64,000 nt of DNA, taken from positions 88,023 through 152,022 of the forward strand of contig DASPSR010000062.1 of assembly GCA_035623825.1 (NCBI GenBank), given 5' to 3'. The notes below the pieces were generated by a model. It was not told the origin of the DNA. It was given only the letters and a program-made list of their open reading frames with translations, and made no database searches. Made by a program: the position numbers and the translations under genes. This DNA is from Nitrospirota bacterium (GTDB lineage: Bacteria; Nitrospirota; UBA9217). How positions within the stretch are numbered: the first letter of the stretch is position 1; every line of letters begins with the position of its first letter. Positions 20,331-29,312 of the stretch are shown one piece after another.

Positions 20331-20620
20331 GGATCTTACCTCATCATTCCTGGCACTGACTGCAGAATGGGAAAGCAGCATCCCTTCTCGAGAGACAGCA
20401 TAGATTAAAGATGGACAACTGTCAATAGCAGCACAGAGCTCTGTCTGTGACCGTTACGGGATCGCGAATGAGGCTGGTCTGTGGGATTTCTCAAGAATCC
20501 TACGATCAAAACATCGCGCGAACTCTTAGGCATGGCATAAGGGCATCTTGAAGGGCATAAAAACTCGATTAAGCTCTCAGCACGAAATCTATGTTATAAA
20601 GATTTGATGATCAAACACAA

Positions 20621-20649
20621 AAGGGATTAGCGTTAATTGCTAATCCCTT
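20621..20649. terminator. Hairpin beside the distal att copy
   Basis: AAGGGATTAGC-GTTAATT-GCTAATCCCTT, followed by a U-tract on the minus strand. Confidence 0.7.
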
Positions 20650-20658
20650 GTAAGGTTT

Positions 20659-20701
20659 GTGGAGCTGAGGGGGATCGAACCCCTGACCCCAAGACTGCCA
20701 G
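20659..20701 (-). repeat. att-like copy of the tRNA-Ala 3' half (distal)
   Basis: 43 bp identical to 23919-23961, ending at the anticodon loop. Confidence 0.93.
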
Positions 20702-20964
20702 ACGGTCTTGGGGCTTTTTTTTCTGTGGTGTTTCGTCATAACTGGCTATCTTTGTTCAGCACGAGAAGTCAATTGGACAAGGGGAGATAGTCCCTTTTGC
20801 CGTTTGTTAATTACTGTATACTTGACAATCACTTGACAGTCCGCATTATCAACAAATGCTCGTTTCAGAAACTTGATAGTATACGAAGATAGTTTTACCT
20901 GTAACTCTTGGCATCCGTAATTACCTTCCTTTTGTCTTTATGCCACACTAGGTAGGGTTAAGGG

Positions 20965-21162
20965 TCATTTTTTCCGTATCTGCATGAGGCCTAAGATAGT
21001 GCACGCAGCCCCGGCAATGAAATAGAACAATACCATATTCGATACGCCCGCACCGACCATCCTGCCAGCACGGGAGCCGAATGATCCACTTTCATTGAAA
21101 CCAAGAATTAGCAATACAATTCCCGCAACAAGTATAATGGCACCGATGATCTTACTGTTCAT
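20965..21162 (-). CDS. Small 2-TM membrane protein, DUF3185-like
   Basis: KIIGAIILVAGIVLLILGFNESGSFGSR...YFIAGAACTILGL. GGAGG SD. Confidence 0.75.
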   Translation of the reverse strand: MNSKIIGAIILVAGIVLLILGFNESGSFGSRAGRMVGAGVSNMVLFYFIAGAACTILGLMQIRKK

Positions 21163-21240
21163 AGAGTATCCTCCATGCAGCACGTAACGCTGGATCGGGG
21201 GCAGCGCATTGTCCCATACCCCATATTCCTTCTCAAGTTA

Positions 21241-21405
21241 TTACTTCTTGCCAATAAGAAAATAAAGCACCATGCCAACAATAGGTAAAACCAGTATCAG
21301 AATAATCCATAATATTTTTTTCCCTGTCGCCATTGAGCTTTTTAGAACATCAATAATGGCAATAATATCTAAAACCAGAACTACAAGCCCTAATATTGTG
21401 CTCAT
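21241..21405 (-). CDS. PLDc N-terminal-domain small membrane protein
   Basis: LDIIAIIDVL...KKILWIILILVLPIVGMVLYFLIG. AAGGAGG SD. Confidence 0.85.
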   Translation of the reverse strand: MSTILGLVVLVLDIIAIIDVLKSSMATGKKILWIILILVLPIVGMVLYFLIGKK

Positions 21406-21890
21406 CGATCCTCCTTTGTCTGACAAGTGATTGGCTTTATCGGGGAATGTTTATAGTAAAACACCATTATGACGAATCGTCAATTTCCACCATTTGCAAC
21501 TTTTCACTTTGTTGCATTTACGGACGTATTGTTAAGGAAGAGAGCTTTCTGCGATATTATTTGGTGCAACATCGATAGTAAAAGACACTGTTATTTAGGT
21601 TGGAAAAATCTTAAAAAATAAATTCCACATTGTTGAACGAACTTTGCAATATCTAAGTTGTATACTGCTTCGCAGTACAGGAAGGAGCTTATTTCATCTC
21701 TTGCTTATTTTTGTTCATGACTTGTGTAATGAGTATTCTGCGAACCGTTCATTTCACTGAACTTTTCCAGATGGGCATTGTCGCTCATCTAGATTTTCTT
21801 CTTTCGATCAAGCATTTTATACAACCTGCAAACTGATTCAACAACAAGACAATACCATTCGCTCAGAGTGATAACAGGTTCATATCCAAG

Positions 21891-22043
21891 CGCAAAGATT
21901 TTCACTTCCACGATCTCCGCCACACATTTGCATCATATCTCGTCATGGCTGGAGTGGATTTGACTACCGTGAAGGCATTGCTCGGATACAAAGCGATTAT
22001 GATGCCCCTCCGTTACACCCATCTACCACACTCACACAAATAA
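21891..22043 (+). pseudogene. Tyrosine recombinase C-terminal remnant (degenerate)
   Basis: Translates [53 protein letters not shown] is changed to LGY and there is no start codon. Confidence 0.9.
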
Positions 22044-22110
22044 ATGCTGTTCAAATCCTCGATTCCCCACTCATCGCAAAGTCTACTATGCAAAAACTGG
22101 ACACTCAAAC

Positions 22111-22143
22111 AAAAAAAGGGATTAGCGCTTATCGCTAACCCCT
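22111..22143. terminator. Hairpin beside the middle att copy
   Basis: AAAAAAAGGGATTAGCG-CTTAT-CGCTAACCCCT. Confidence 0.7.
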
Positions 22144-22152
22144 GAATATTTT

Positions 22153-22197
22153 TGGTGGAGCTGAGGGGGATCGAACCCCTGACCCCAAGACTGCCAG
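22153..22197 (-). repeat. att-like copy of the tRNA-Ala 3' half (middle)
   Basis: 45 bp identical to 23917-23961, including CCA. Confidence 0.95.
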
Positions 22198-22459
22198 AGG
22201 CAAAAGGCAGAAAAAACACAATCCTTGATTAATCGCCTGGTTTCCCGTTTTTTAAAGACGAATCAAAGAATTGTCGGTTTTACGATGATTCTGTCTGTTG
22301 CGATAATTTTGCCCTTTCGGTTATGTTTTATCACATTTTTATCACAGTCACATAATTGGTGAGCAGACTCTCTGAAGGAATTATTGAGACTTACGATCAG
22401 CTATTATGAAACGCGAAGTATATTGGTAAGCACCTTGTTAGCCGCTGTGTTTAATAAAA

Positions 22460-23491
22460 TCACCGGAAAATCCTTAAGGCACATCCTATAGGTTGTGGAC
22501 GACTGAAGTATTTATCGACATTTAGTATTTTCTCGACTGCGGGTTGTAAAGATGCAATAAGAGACCTTATTTCATCGTCGCTTTTATGATGTTGATATGC
22601 ATGGTACCCAAAGCCATCAAAAGTGTTAAGAACTGTTGCCTTATATCTACGTTTTAATCTGCTGATAACAGTTTCGTCCTGGATTTTAGGAACATCACCC
22701 TGAACACAGAAGCCAACTTTCTCTACGATCACGCCTATGCCTGGAAACAATCTCACTATGCCCATAAACCTAGCGTAACTGAGAATTGCCCAAAAGGGCA
22801 TGTGGCTAAGCACTCCCCTTAACGAACGATATATCAAGTGAAACCGAATCCATCGAATGATTCCTTGATCGTTTAATCCGTAGCAGTTAAATACGAATTC
22901 GCCGCCTGGAGAAACTAATGCGAATAGAGCCTTGGCAGTCTTCTCGACTGATTGTGTGTGCTGTATTACGTTATGACAAATTACTATTCCGGGTATTGAC
23001 TGCTCTTTGATTGGCGGCATATCAATTGAGCACTGAATTACGTCGTAGTTAGTGAAGCCACTTAGTTTAAGGTTTCTCTGAACTACATCATCAACGGAAC
23101 TAGACAGATCCATCATGATAACATGTCGCGCACCGCTTTCTAACATCCATAGTGTTTGAGCACCACTTCCTCCTCCGGCATCAACTATGACTTTATCTTT
23201 AAATGCCTCCGTTGAACCAAATGTATTAGCAACTGTGTGATTGAGTCAATTGACTTTGAAGTCAGTAAAGTTAAAGTAATTCCATTCGTCTCCAAACGAT
23301 TCAACTGTTTTCTTTAGCTTTAGGTTAGAAACAAAACGAGGGATTCCGCTCTCAATGCGATATATGACACCATTTGGACTTATAAGTTTACCTGAAGTAA
23401 TTCCGCCTACTTGGTCATACACTGCGTCCTTCAAAGATAGCGGCTTTTTCGACATTGGGTCGCATAGATAATTGAGAAGCTCAGGGGTCAT
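22460..23491 (-). pseudogene. Trm112-like + class I SAM methyltransferase, interrupted by an in-frame TGA at 23246-23248
   Basis: The two listed ORFs share one frame. Readthrough gives FKVN*LNHTVANTFGSTEAFKDKVIVDAGGGSGAQTLWMLE, which contains the SAM motif I. Confidence 0.85.
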
Positions 23492-23646
23492 GCTTATCTC
23501 CTTTCAACAATTGCTTGAGGGCAGTTTTACGCTAACATATATTACCAGCTCGTACAAGGCGCTACATTCAGTGATTCATTCCAAGGCAGAGCGTCTCTGA
23601 GTTTCAACTCAGTGATGGCATCTGCCAGAGTAACAAACTCTCCCTC

Positions 23647-23889
23647 ATGAGGGCGTTTTACCTTGCACGGGATCGCGCGAAGATCGAGAATTTCACCTTT
23701 CATGACCTTCGGCACACGTTCGCTACGAGATTAGCACAAGCGGGGATAGACCTTCACAAGATTGCGAAGCTACTTGGTCATAAGGACATTAAGATGACTC
23801 AGCGGTATTCGCATCATTGTCCTGACAGTTTGCGTGATGGTTTTGAAGTCCTCGAAAGAAATTATCACACCCAAATGAAAAAGGGCTAG
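23647..23889 (+). pseudogene. Tyrosine recombinase C-terminal remnant
   Basis: [12 protein letters not shown]...LLGHKDIKMTQRYSH, only 80 aa, N-terminal domains absent. Confidence 0.9.
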
Positions 23890-23909
23890 CCGTTATAAGC
23901 TAACCCTTT
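23878..23909 (-). terminator. Terminator-like hairpin downstream of tRNA-Ala
   Basis: AAAAAGGGCTAGC-CGTTATAA-GCTAACCCTTT. Confidence 0.7.
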
Positions 23910-23916
23910 GTATTCT

Positions 23917-23992
23917 TGGTGGAGCTGAGGGGGATCGAACCCCTGACCCCAAGACTGCCAGCCTTGTGCTCTCCCAGCTGAGCTACAGCCCC
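23917..23992 (-). tRNA. tRNA-Ala(GGC)
   Basis: Reverse complement GGGGCTGTAGCTCAGCTGGGAGAGCACAAGGCTGGCAGTCTTGGGGTCAGGGGTTCGATCCCCCTCAGCTCCACCA, with the G3-U70 identity pair. Confidence 0.97.
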
Positions 23993-24027
23993 ATAGTACG
24001 CAAGCCATCTCCCGTGAATCGAAAATT

Positions 24028-24056
24028 AATGTAACATCATGCACCGGTGTTGTCAA
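24028..24056 (-). promoter_or_regulatory. Sigma70 promoter of tRNA-Ala
   Basis: Minus strand TTGACA-17nt-TACATT. Confidence 0.75.
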
Positions 24057-24332
24057 GGGAAAAGACTGGAAGTCATGCGGCATTTGGTGCGTTGGAGCAT
24101 TGATAAACCCTCTCCAGATGGCAGCATGCAAGAGCGGATTGGAGCAGCGTTGAACAGGGAGGAATTGCACGGATTTCTTCTCCGGCCGCAGTTTGATACA
24201 GACCGTGACCCCGTAAACCGTTTCCTAATGAACGTGACCTGGTTCCCAGTCTTGTTCGCGGATCCGGCGCATTTCGTAGAATTCCCGTAGCGAAATCCGG
24301 ATACATAAATTAATTTTTCCTGCAAAATTATC

Positions 24333-24361
24333 TTGGAAAAAATAAGAAAATTGTATATAAT
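24333..24361 (+). promoter_or_regulatory. Sigma70 promoter directly before ATG 24368 (leaderless geometry)
   Basis: TTGGAA-17nt-TATAAT-6nt-ATG, no SD. Confidence 0.7.
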
Positions 24362-24367
24362 GCGGTT

Positions 24368-26677
24368 ATGGCAGAAGGTAAGGACAGTGATAAAAAAGGT
24401 CCTCAAACCTCACCTCAAGCGTCTGCCGAGCGGGACCTTCCTATTGACACGAAGCTCCTGTCAGAAGCCGTCATCGAGCTCAATATCTCCCGTAAGAACG
24501 TCGGCATTTACCCCCCTGGTCACGTCCAGATCACCCGAAGCATAGACCGTGCATACGAGATCCTGCAGCGATTGTTCGAGATACGGCAGGAGATGACGCT
24601 CGGTGTGGCAAAGGACACTCTGCTTGTCGGGCAGGATTATCTCGATCAAAAGAACCCGGTCTTCCGCGACTTCGCCCTTTCCATGCACCAGCAAGGCATA
24701 GCAGCGGTCACCTTTGTCCATGGCCTGGACAAGGACGAGCTCGTGCGGTTCCACCGCGTTCTCACCACCAAACCGGACGATATCAGGGCGTTGGGTGGTA
24801 TTGAAAAAGTCATGTTCAATCTTGCCACCCCGCATATCAGGATTCTGCCTATCGACTACGGAAGTTTCCATCTTACAGAGGAGCAGGAGATAGTTCGCCC
24901 GGCGGCAAAGGTGGAGGGAGGAGAACGTACGGGCTCATCAGGAGGAGGCGGAGACAAGGCGGGGGTCGGCGTTTGGCAGGATTTTGTTTCCCACCTTACG
25001 GACGGCAAGCTGGCCGGTCCCGAGGAGCAGGGTGTCTCCGTGAAGGACATGGGGCAGATAGATCCTGCTGAACTCGCGCGACTTCTTAACGAGCGCAAGC
25101 TGGATGCGAATTCAGCAATCGAGAGCTATGACCGCATCATCACAACGCACATACGCGGAGCCGCCGAAAAAAAGCAACTTACTCAAGAACAGTCCCTGAG
25201 CCTTGCAAACCTCAATACTCTCTTAAAGGACCTGAACCCCGAGCTCAGGAAACAGTTCCTATCCATTGCCGTTCAGCGCATCGCGTCGAGCGCGCCGTCA
25301 GCCGCGGAGGAGATCATCGGCGGTTTTACCGATGACATGGTCATCGAGATGATCGGGCAGGCGAACATGGAGGGAAGAGAAATATCACCGACCCTGGCGG
25401 GGCTCGTAGGCAAGCTGAGCAAAGCCCAATCGCAGGCAAAGAGCGCCGTACCGGCGCGACCGAAGAGCGAGGATCCGAAAAAGGCGGATACCGGCTCGCA
25501 AGGGCCAGTCATTCTTCCCGAGCACATGCAGAAGCTCTTTGAACGTGAAAAATACGAAGAATATGTATCGAAAGAGTATGATGCAATGCTCAGACAGATG
25601 TCAACGGGCGCTGCCGTTGCAAGGAGCCACTTCCCCCTTATGGAACATGAGGAGTCACTGGAGGATGCACTCCTCGACTTCCAGATAGGCCGCGCACTCC
25701 TCGCCTTCATGGAGGAAGACATTGAAGAGGAGGACTACAGGGAATTTGCCAAGAAGCTCATTGCCATTCTGCCCGGGTTTCTCGAAACCGGCAACTTCAA
25801 GCTTCTCTGGGACATTTCAGAAACGCTCAGGCGCCATTCCATTGAAAAGCCGGTGAAGGGCATCCGTGCCCAAGCCGAGGAATCTCGGAAGATATTCGCT
25901 GATGGGGAATTCATCTTCAAGGTGCTGAAAGCGTTCGACAGATGGATGAAAGACAAAGGCCAGGAGGCGGCAGGTTTGATCCAGGCCATGGGTGCGGACA
26001 CCGTGCCCGGGCTCCTGGAGCTGTACAGCGTGGACGCATCGGTGGGAGGAAGGCGGCTGATATTCAATCTGCTCTGCGCTTTCAGTGACAGGTCCGTGCC
26101 TGAGGCGTACAAGAGGCTGCATGATTCGCGGGCATACTATGTTAGGAATCTCCTCATCCTCATCAGACGGGCGGGTGATCAGAAATCGATCCCCCATGTA
26201 AGACCATTGGTCAAGCACCAAGATGAGAAGGTCAGGATGGAGGCATTGAGCACGCTCCTGCATTTCAAGGATCCCGAATCGGTGAAACTGCTGCGAGGCC
26301 GGATTCATTCAAAAGACCCAGATGTTGCCTCGCAGGCGATTGCCCTGGCAGGACAATACCGCGTGCACGATGTTACCGAGGATGTCCTGTCCCGCCTCAA
26401 ACGGATTATCCTCTTCGAGACGGACTACGTCGTAAATGAGGAGATCATCTCGGCGCTTGGCGAGATTGGGGATGCCCGAGCGATGCCCGACCTGGAAAAG
26501 CTAGCACGTGCGGCCTGGTCACTCTATCCTCAACGGCTTATGCACATGAAGGAGCTCCTGTTCGAGTCGCTCGGCCGGTATCCGCGGGAGAGTATCGCCA
26601 GCATTCTCACGATAGGGGAGCGATTGAACAGCGAAAAGATCAGGAATTCATGCAGGAAACTGATGGAGAGGACGTGA
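24368..26677 (+). CDS. HEAT-repeat domain protein
   Basis: C-terminal HEAT repeats (DSRAYYVRNLL, HQDEKVRMEAL, ALGEIGDARA). N-terminal YPPGH domain. Confidence 0.85.
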   Translation: MAEGKDSDKKGPQTSPQASAERDLPIDTKLLSEAVIELNISRKNVGIYPPGHVQITRSIDRAYEILQRLFEIRQEMTLGVAKDTLLVGQDYLDQKNPVFRDFALSMHQQGIAAVTFVHGLDKDELVRFHRVLTTKPDDIRALGGIEKVMFNLATPHIRILPIDYGSFHLTEEQEIVRPAAKVEGGERTGSSGGGGDKAGVGVWQDFVSHLTDGKLAGPEEQGVSVKDMGQIDPAELARLLNERKLDANSAIESYDRIITTHIRGAAEKKQLTQEQSLSLANLNTLLKDLNPELRKQFLSIAVQRIASSAPSAAEEIIGGFTDDMVIEMIGQANMEGREISPTLAGLVGKLSKAQSQAKSAVPARPKSEDPKKADTGSQGPVILPEHMQKLFEREKYEEYVSKEYDAMLRQMSTGAAVARSHFPLMEHEESLEDALLDFQIGRALLAFMEEDIEEEDYREFAKKLIAILPGFLETGNFKLLWDISETLRRHSIEKPVKGIRAQAEESRKIFADGEFIFKVLKAFDRWMKDKGQEAAGLIQAMGADTVPGLLELYSVDASVGGRRLIFNLLCAFSDRSVPEAYKRLHDSRAYYVRNLLILIRRAGDQKSIPHVRPLVKHQDEKVRMEALSTLLHFKDPESVKLLRGRIHSKDPDVASQAIALAGQYRVHDVTEDVLSRLKRIILFETDYVVNEEIISALGEIGDARAMPDLEKLARAAWSLYPQRLMHMKELLFESLGRYPRESIASILTIGERLNSEKIRNSCRKLMERT

Positions 26678-26736
26678 CGGAAGATCCAACGTCGCGCATG
26701 CGGCTTTAACCGCATTGCATCGCGGCAGGACGACGT

Positions 26737-27906
26737 ATGGCTGATTATGATTTCCACGAAGGACTGACCCGTGTGATCGCACAGCTCACGGCTGCTATCA
26801 CGAACACGAGTCTGTATGCACCGACCCATCCCCAGGTGGCGCAGTATGTCGCGAAAGCGCATGCCGTGCTTGCCGATATGCTCCAGCTCAAGCCGGAGGT
26901 GACGGTCTTTCTTGTCGGCAACGACCTCGTGGCGGACAACAGGCAGATTTCGGAAACGGGGGCTTCATCCTATGTCGGTAATTTCACCCGAATCCTGAAG
27001 AAAAAGGCCGTTGAACGATTGACATTCGTCGCAGGGTTGCCGAAGGCCGAGCTCCAGACGCTGATACAGGACCTTGCGTCCCCTGACTCCACATCGGTCC
27101 GCTCCACTTCTTTTATAAAGCTCGGTAAGGTGGAACTGAGGGTCAAAAAAGGCGATGACCATGCGGACGGCAATGGCGGTAGTTCCTTCGAGGGGGTTTC
27201 GCAGGAGATTCTTCAGGAACTGCTCTCTCTCACACAGACAGAGCTCGACGAGCTGAAAGAGCTCTACCTGCGCATCAAGAAACACAAGAAGATCGATGTC
27301 CGCGGCGTGGACGAAATGGTCAAGGCGTTCATTCAGGCGTTTCGTCAGGAGATCAACCCGATAAGTCTTCTCGCCTCGCTCAAGTCCGCCCATGAATATA
27401 CCTTCACCCATGTCACGAATGTCTGTATCCTTACCATGAGCCAAGCGGAGACGCTCGGGTTCACTGGCGAGCACCTGCATCAGATCGGCGTCGCCTCCCT
27501 GCTTCATGATGTCGGAAAGATATTTATACCCGAAGAGATCCTGAGCAAGCCCGGCAAGCTCACCCAGGACGAGCGCAAAATAATAGAGACGCACACCGTC
27601 AAGGGCGCCCGGTATCTCATGGGGATTGACGGGATCCCCAAGCTCGCCGTGCTTTGCGCCTTGGAGCACCACTTGAAGTATAACGGGAGCGGATACCCAT
27701 CGATCAGGGGCGGGTGGCGACCGAACATCGCGAGCCAGCTTATCACCGTCGCCGATGTGTTCGATGCCTTGCGCAGCAGGCGTTCATACCATGATGACAT
27801 CCCGATCGAGAAGATCGTCGGGATCCTGAACAGCGAAAAGGGAACCACTTTCAATCCCCAGCTCGTAGAGCATTTCCTGAGGCTCATACGGTACCAGCCA
27901 AAATGA
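26737..27906 (+). CDS. HD-GYP domain phosphodiesterase
   Basis: HEYTFTHVTNV, LLHDVGK, EHHLKYNGSGYP, VADVFDAL. Confidence 0.92.
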   Translation: MADYDFHEGLTRVIAQLTAAITNTSLYAPTHPQVAQYVAKAHAVLADMLQLKPEVTVFLVGNDLVADNRQISETGASSYVGNFTRILKKKAVERLTFVAGLPKAELQTLIQDLASPDSTSVRSTSFIKLGKVELRVKKGDDHADGNGGSSFEGVSQEILQELLSLTQTELDELKELYLRIKKHKKIDVRGVDEMVKAFIQAFRQEINPISLLASLKSAHEYTFTHVTNVCILTMSQAETLGFTGEHLHQIGVASLLHDVGKIFIPEEILSKPGKLTQDERKIIETHTVKGARYLMGIDGIPKLAVLCALEHHLKYNGSGYPSIRGGWRPNIASQLITVADVFDALRSRRSYHDDIPIEKIVGILNSEKGTTFNPQLVEHFLRLIRYQPK

Positions 27907-29312
27907 AAATACTGGTCATAGATGATAGCGAAGCCGTACGAGCAACGCTCCGGGACATCCTCGTCTCCGCAGGATACGACGTGGAGGTCGCGGAGGACGG
28001 AGAAGACGGGCTCGCAAAGGCGAAAGCCCAGCGCCCGTCGCTCGTGATCACGGATGTACTCATGCCCGGCTTGGACGGATTTCAGTTCCTGAGGAAGGTC
28101 AAGGGAGATGCTGCCCTGAGGGATGTCCCCGTGATATTCTATACCGGCAGCTATCTCGACCAGAAGGATCAGGAGCTTGCGCGCAGGATCGGCGTGTCGA
28201 GATATATGATCAAGCCTGTCAAAGCCCCTGAAATCATCCGGACCGTGAAGGAAGTGCTGTCGGAAGGACAGCAAGGCCATCTGTCCGGCACATCCCCCTT
28301 GCCCTTGGAGGAGCCCGTATTCCTGAAGGTCTATAACGAGCGGCTTGTGGGCAAACTGAAGAGCACGATCCAGGAAAATGAGCGAGCGCGGCTGTTCCTT
28401 GAGTGCATCATGGAAGGGATGGGGGACGGCGTTATTGTCATTGCCCGGGATTATACGATCCTCGATACAAATGTGGCGGCCGCCGCCTCGCTCGGCGTGG
28501 AAAAGTCGGACATGCTTGGGCGAAAATGCTTCGAGGTGACACACCGGAGGCAGGCACACTGTGAGGGCATGGAGATCGTTTGCCCTCACACCCAGATATT
28601 CGAGCGCGACGAGAAGATCGTGAAAGTGCTTCATACCCATTACGACGCAAACGGAGACGAACGTCAGGTCGAGATCACCGCATCTCCGGTCAAGAACCGT
28701 TATGGCGAGATATTTGCCATGGTAGAGACCCACCGTGATATCATGGAAAAGAAATCAGACGATGAGCTCGTGAAGCTCATCAAGCGGCTCAACGAGACGC
28801 GGACGCATCTGAAACAGGCGGCTATCACCGACGATCTGACGGGCCTCCGTAACCGGCGGTACATCGTGGAGCGCCTCGAAGAGGAATTTCTGCGCGCAAA
28901 ACGCACCGGCAGGCCACTCAGTCTCATCATGCTCGACATCGATAACTTCAAGAAGATTAACGATCTCAACGGTCACCCCTTTGGTGATCTCGTCCTCCAG
29001 ATCGTTTCCGTGCGGATGAAAGAGGCCCTCCGGAAGCACGACCTTATCGGCAGGGTAGGCGGTGAGGAATTCCTCGTCGTCTGCCCTGAATCGACCCTTG
29101 ATGACGCCGCCGTGGTTGCGGAGAGGATCCGGAAGATCATCCATCGCGAAGTCATCAGCGATGGGGTGAGGAAGGCTGTAGTCGCCTTGAGCGCAGGGGT
29201 GACAATGCTCAGAGATGACGATAAGAGTTCGGACAAGTTCTTTTCCCGGGCCGACACCGCGCTTTACAAGGCGAAAGAACAGGGGAGGAACCAGGTTGCC
29301 GTGCTACCATGA
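27903..29312 (+). CDS. REC-PAS-GGDEF diguanylate cyclase
   Basis: KILVIDD...TDVLMP receiver, PAS region (GRKCFEVTH), DDLTGLRNRR, DIDNFKKIND, RKHD I-site, GGEEF. Confidence 0.94.
   Translation: MKILVIDDSEAVRATLRDILVSAGYDVEVAEDGEDGLAKAKAQRPSLVITDVLMPGLDGFQFLRKVKGDAALRDVPVIFYTGSYLDQKDQELARRIGVSRYMIKPVKAPEIIRTVKEVLSEGQQGHLSGTSPLPLEEPVFLKVYNERLVGKLKSTIQENERARLFLECIMEGMGDGVIVIARDYTILDTNVAAAASLGVEKSDMLGRKCFEVTHRRQAHCEGMEIVCPHTQIFERDEKIVKVLHTHYDANGDERQVEITASPVKNRYGEIFAMVETHRDIMEKKSDDELVKLIKRLNETRTHLKQAAITDDLTGLRNRRYIVERLEEEFLRAKRTGRPLSLIMLDIDNFKKINDLNGHPFGDLVLQIVSVRMKEALRKHDLIGRVGGEEFLVVCPESTLDDAAVVAERIRKIIHREVISDGVRKAVVALSAGVTMLRDDDKSSDKFFSRADTALYKAKEQGRNQVAVLP

Larger units (their letters stand above)
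20702..22152. mobile_element. Decayed tRNA-Ala-integrated element 2 (about 1.45 kb)
   Basis: Flanked by tRNA-Ala 3' direct repeats, AT-rich, with an integrase stub at the tRNA-proximal end. Confidence 0.8.
22198..23916. mobile_element. Decayed tRNA-Ala-integrated element 1 (about 1.7 kb)
   Basis: Bounded by tRNA-Ala and its 3' copy. TTATCACA repeats near both ends (22326-22346 twice, 23862-23869). AT-rich cargo and an integrase stub. Confidence 0.85.

Noticed and set aside
20659-22197. tRNA-like repeats as extra tRNA genes or a CRISPR array
   Set aside because: They lack the 5' half and D-arm, are spaced by kilobases, and no cas genes are present. They are att copies.
23246-23248. Selenocysteine or alternative genetic code at the TGA
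   Set aside because: The context suits Trp rather than a redox Cys, no convincing SECIS hairpin follows, and TGA is a normal stop elsewhere in the window.
24039-24406. Overlapping short ORFs between tRNA-Ala and the HEAT gene
   Set aside because: Mutually conflicting, overlapping two promoters, and no recognisable protein signal.
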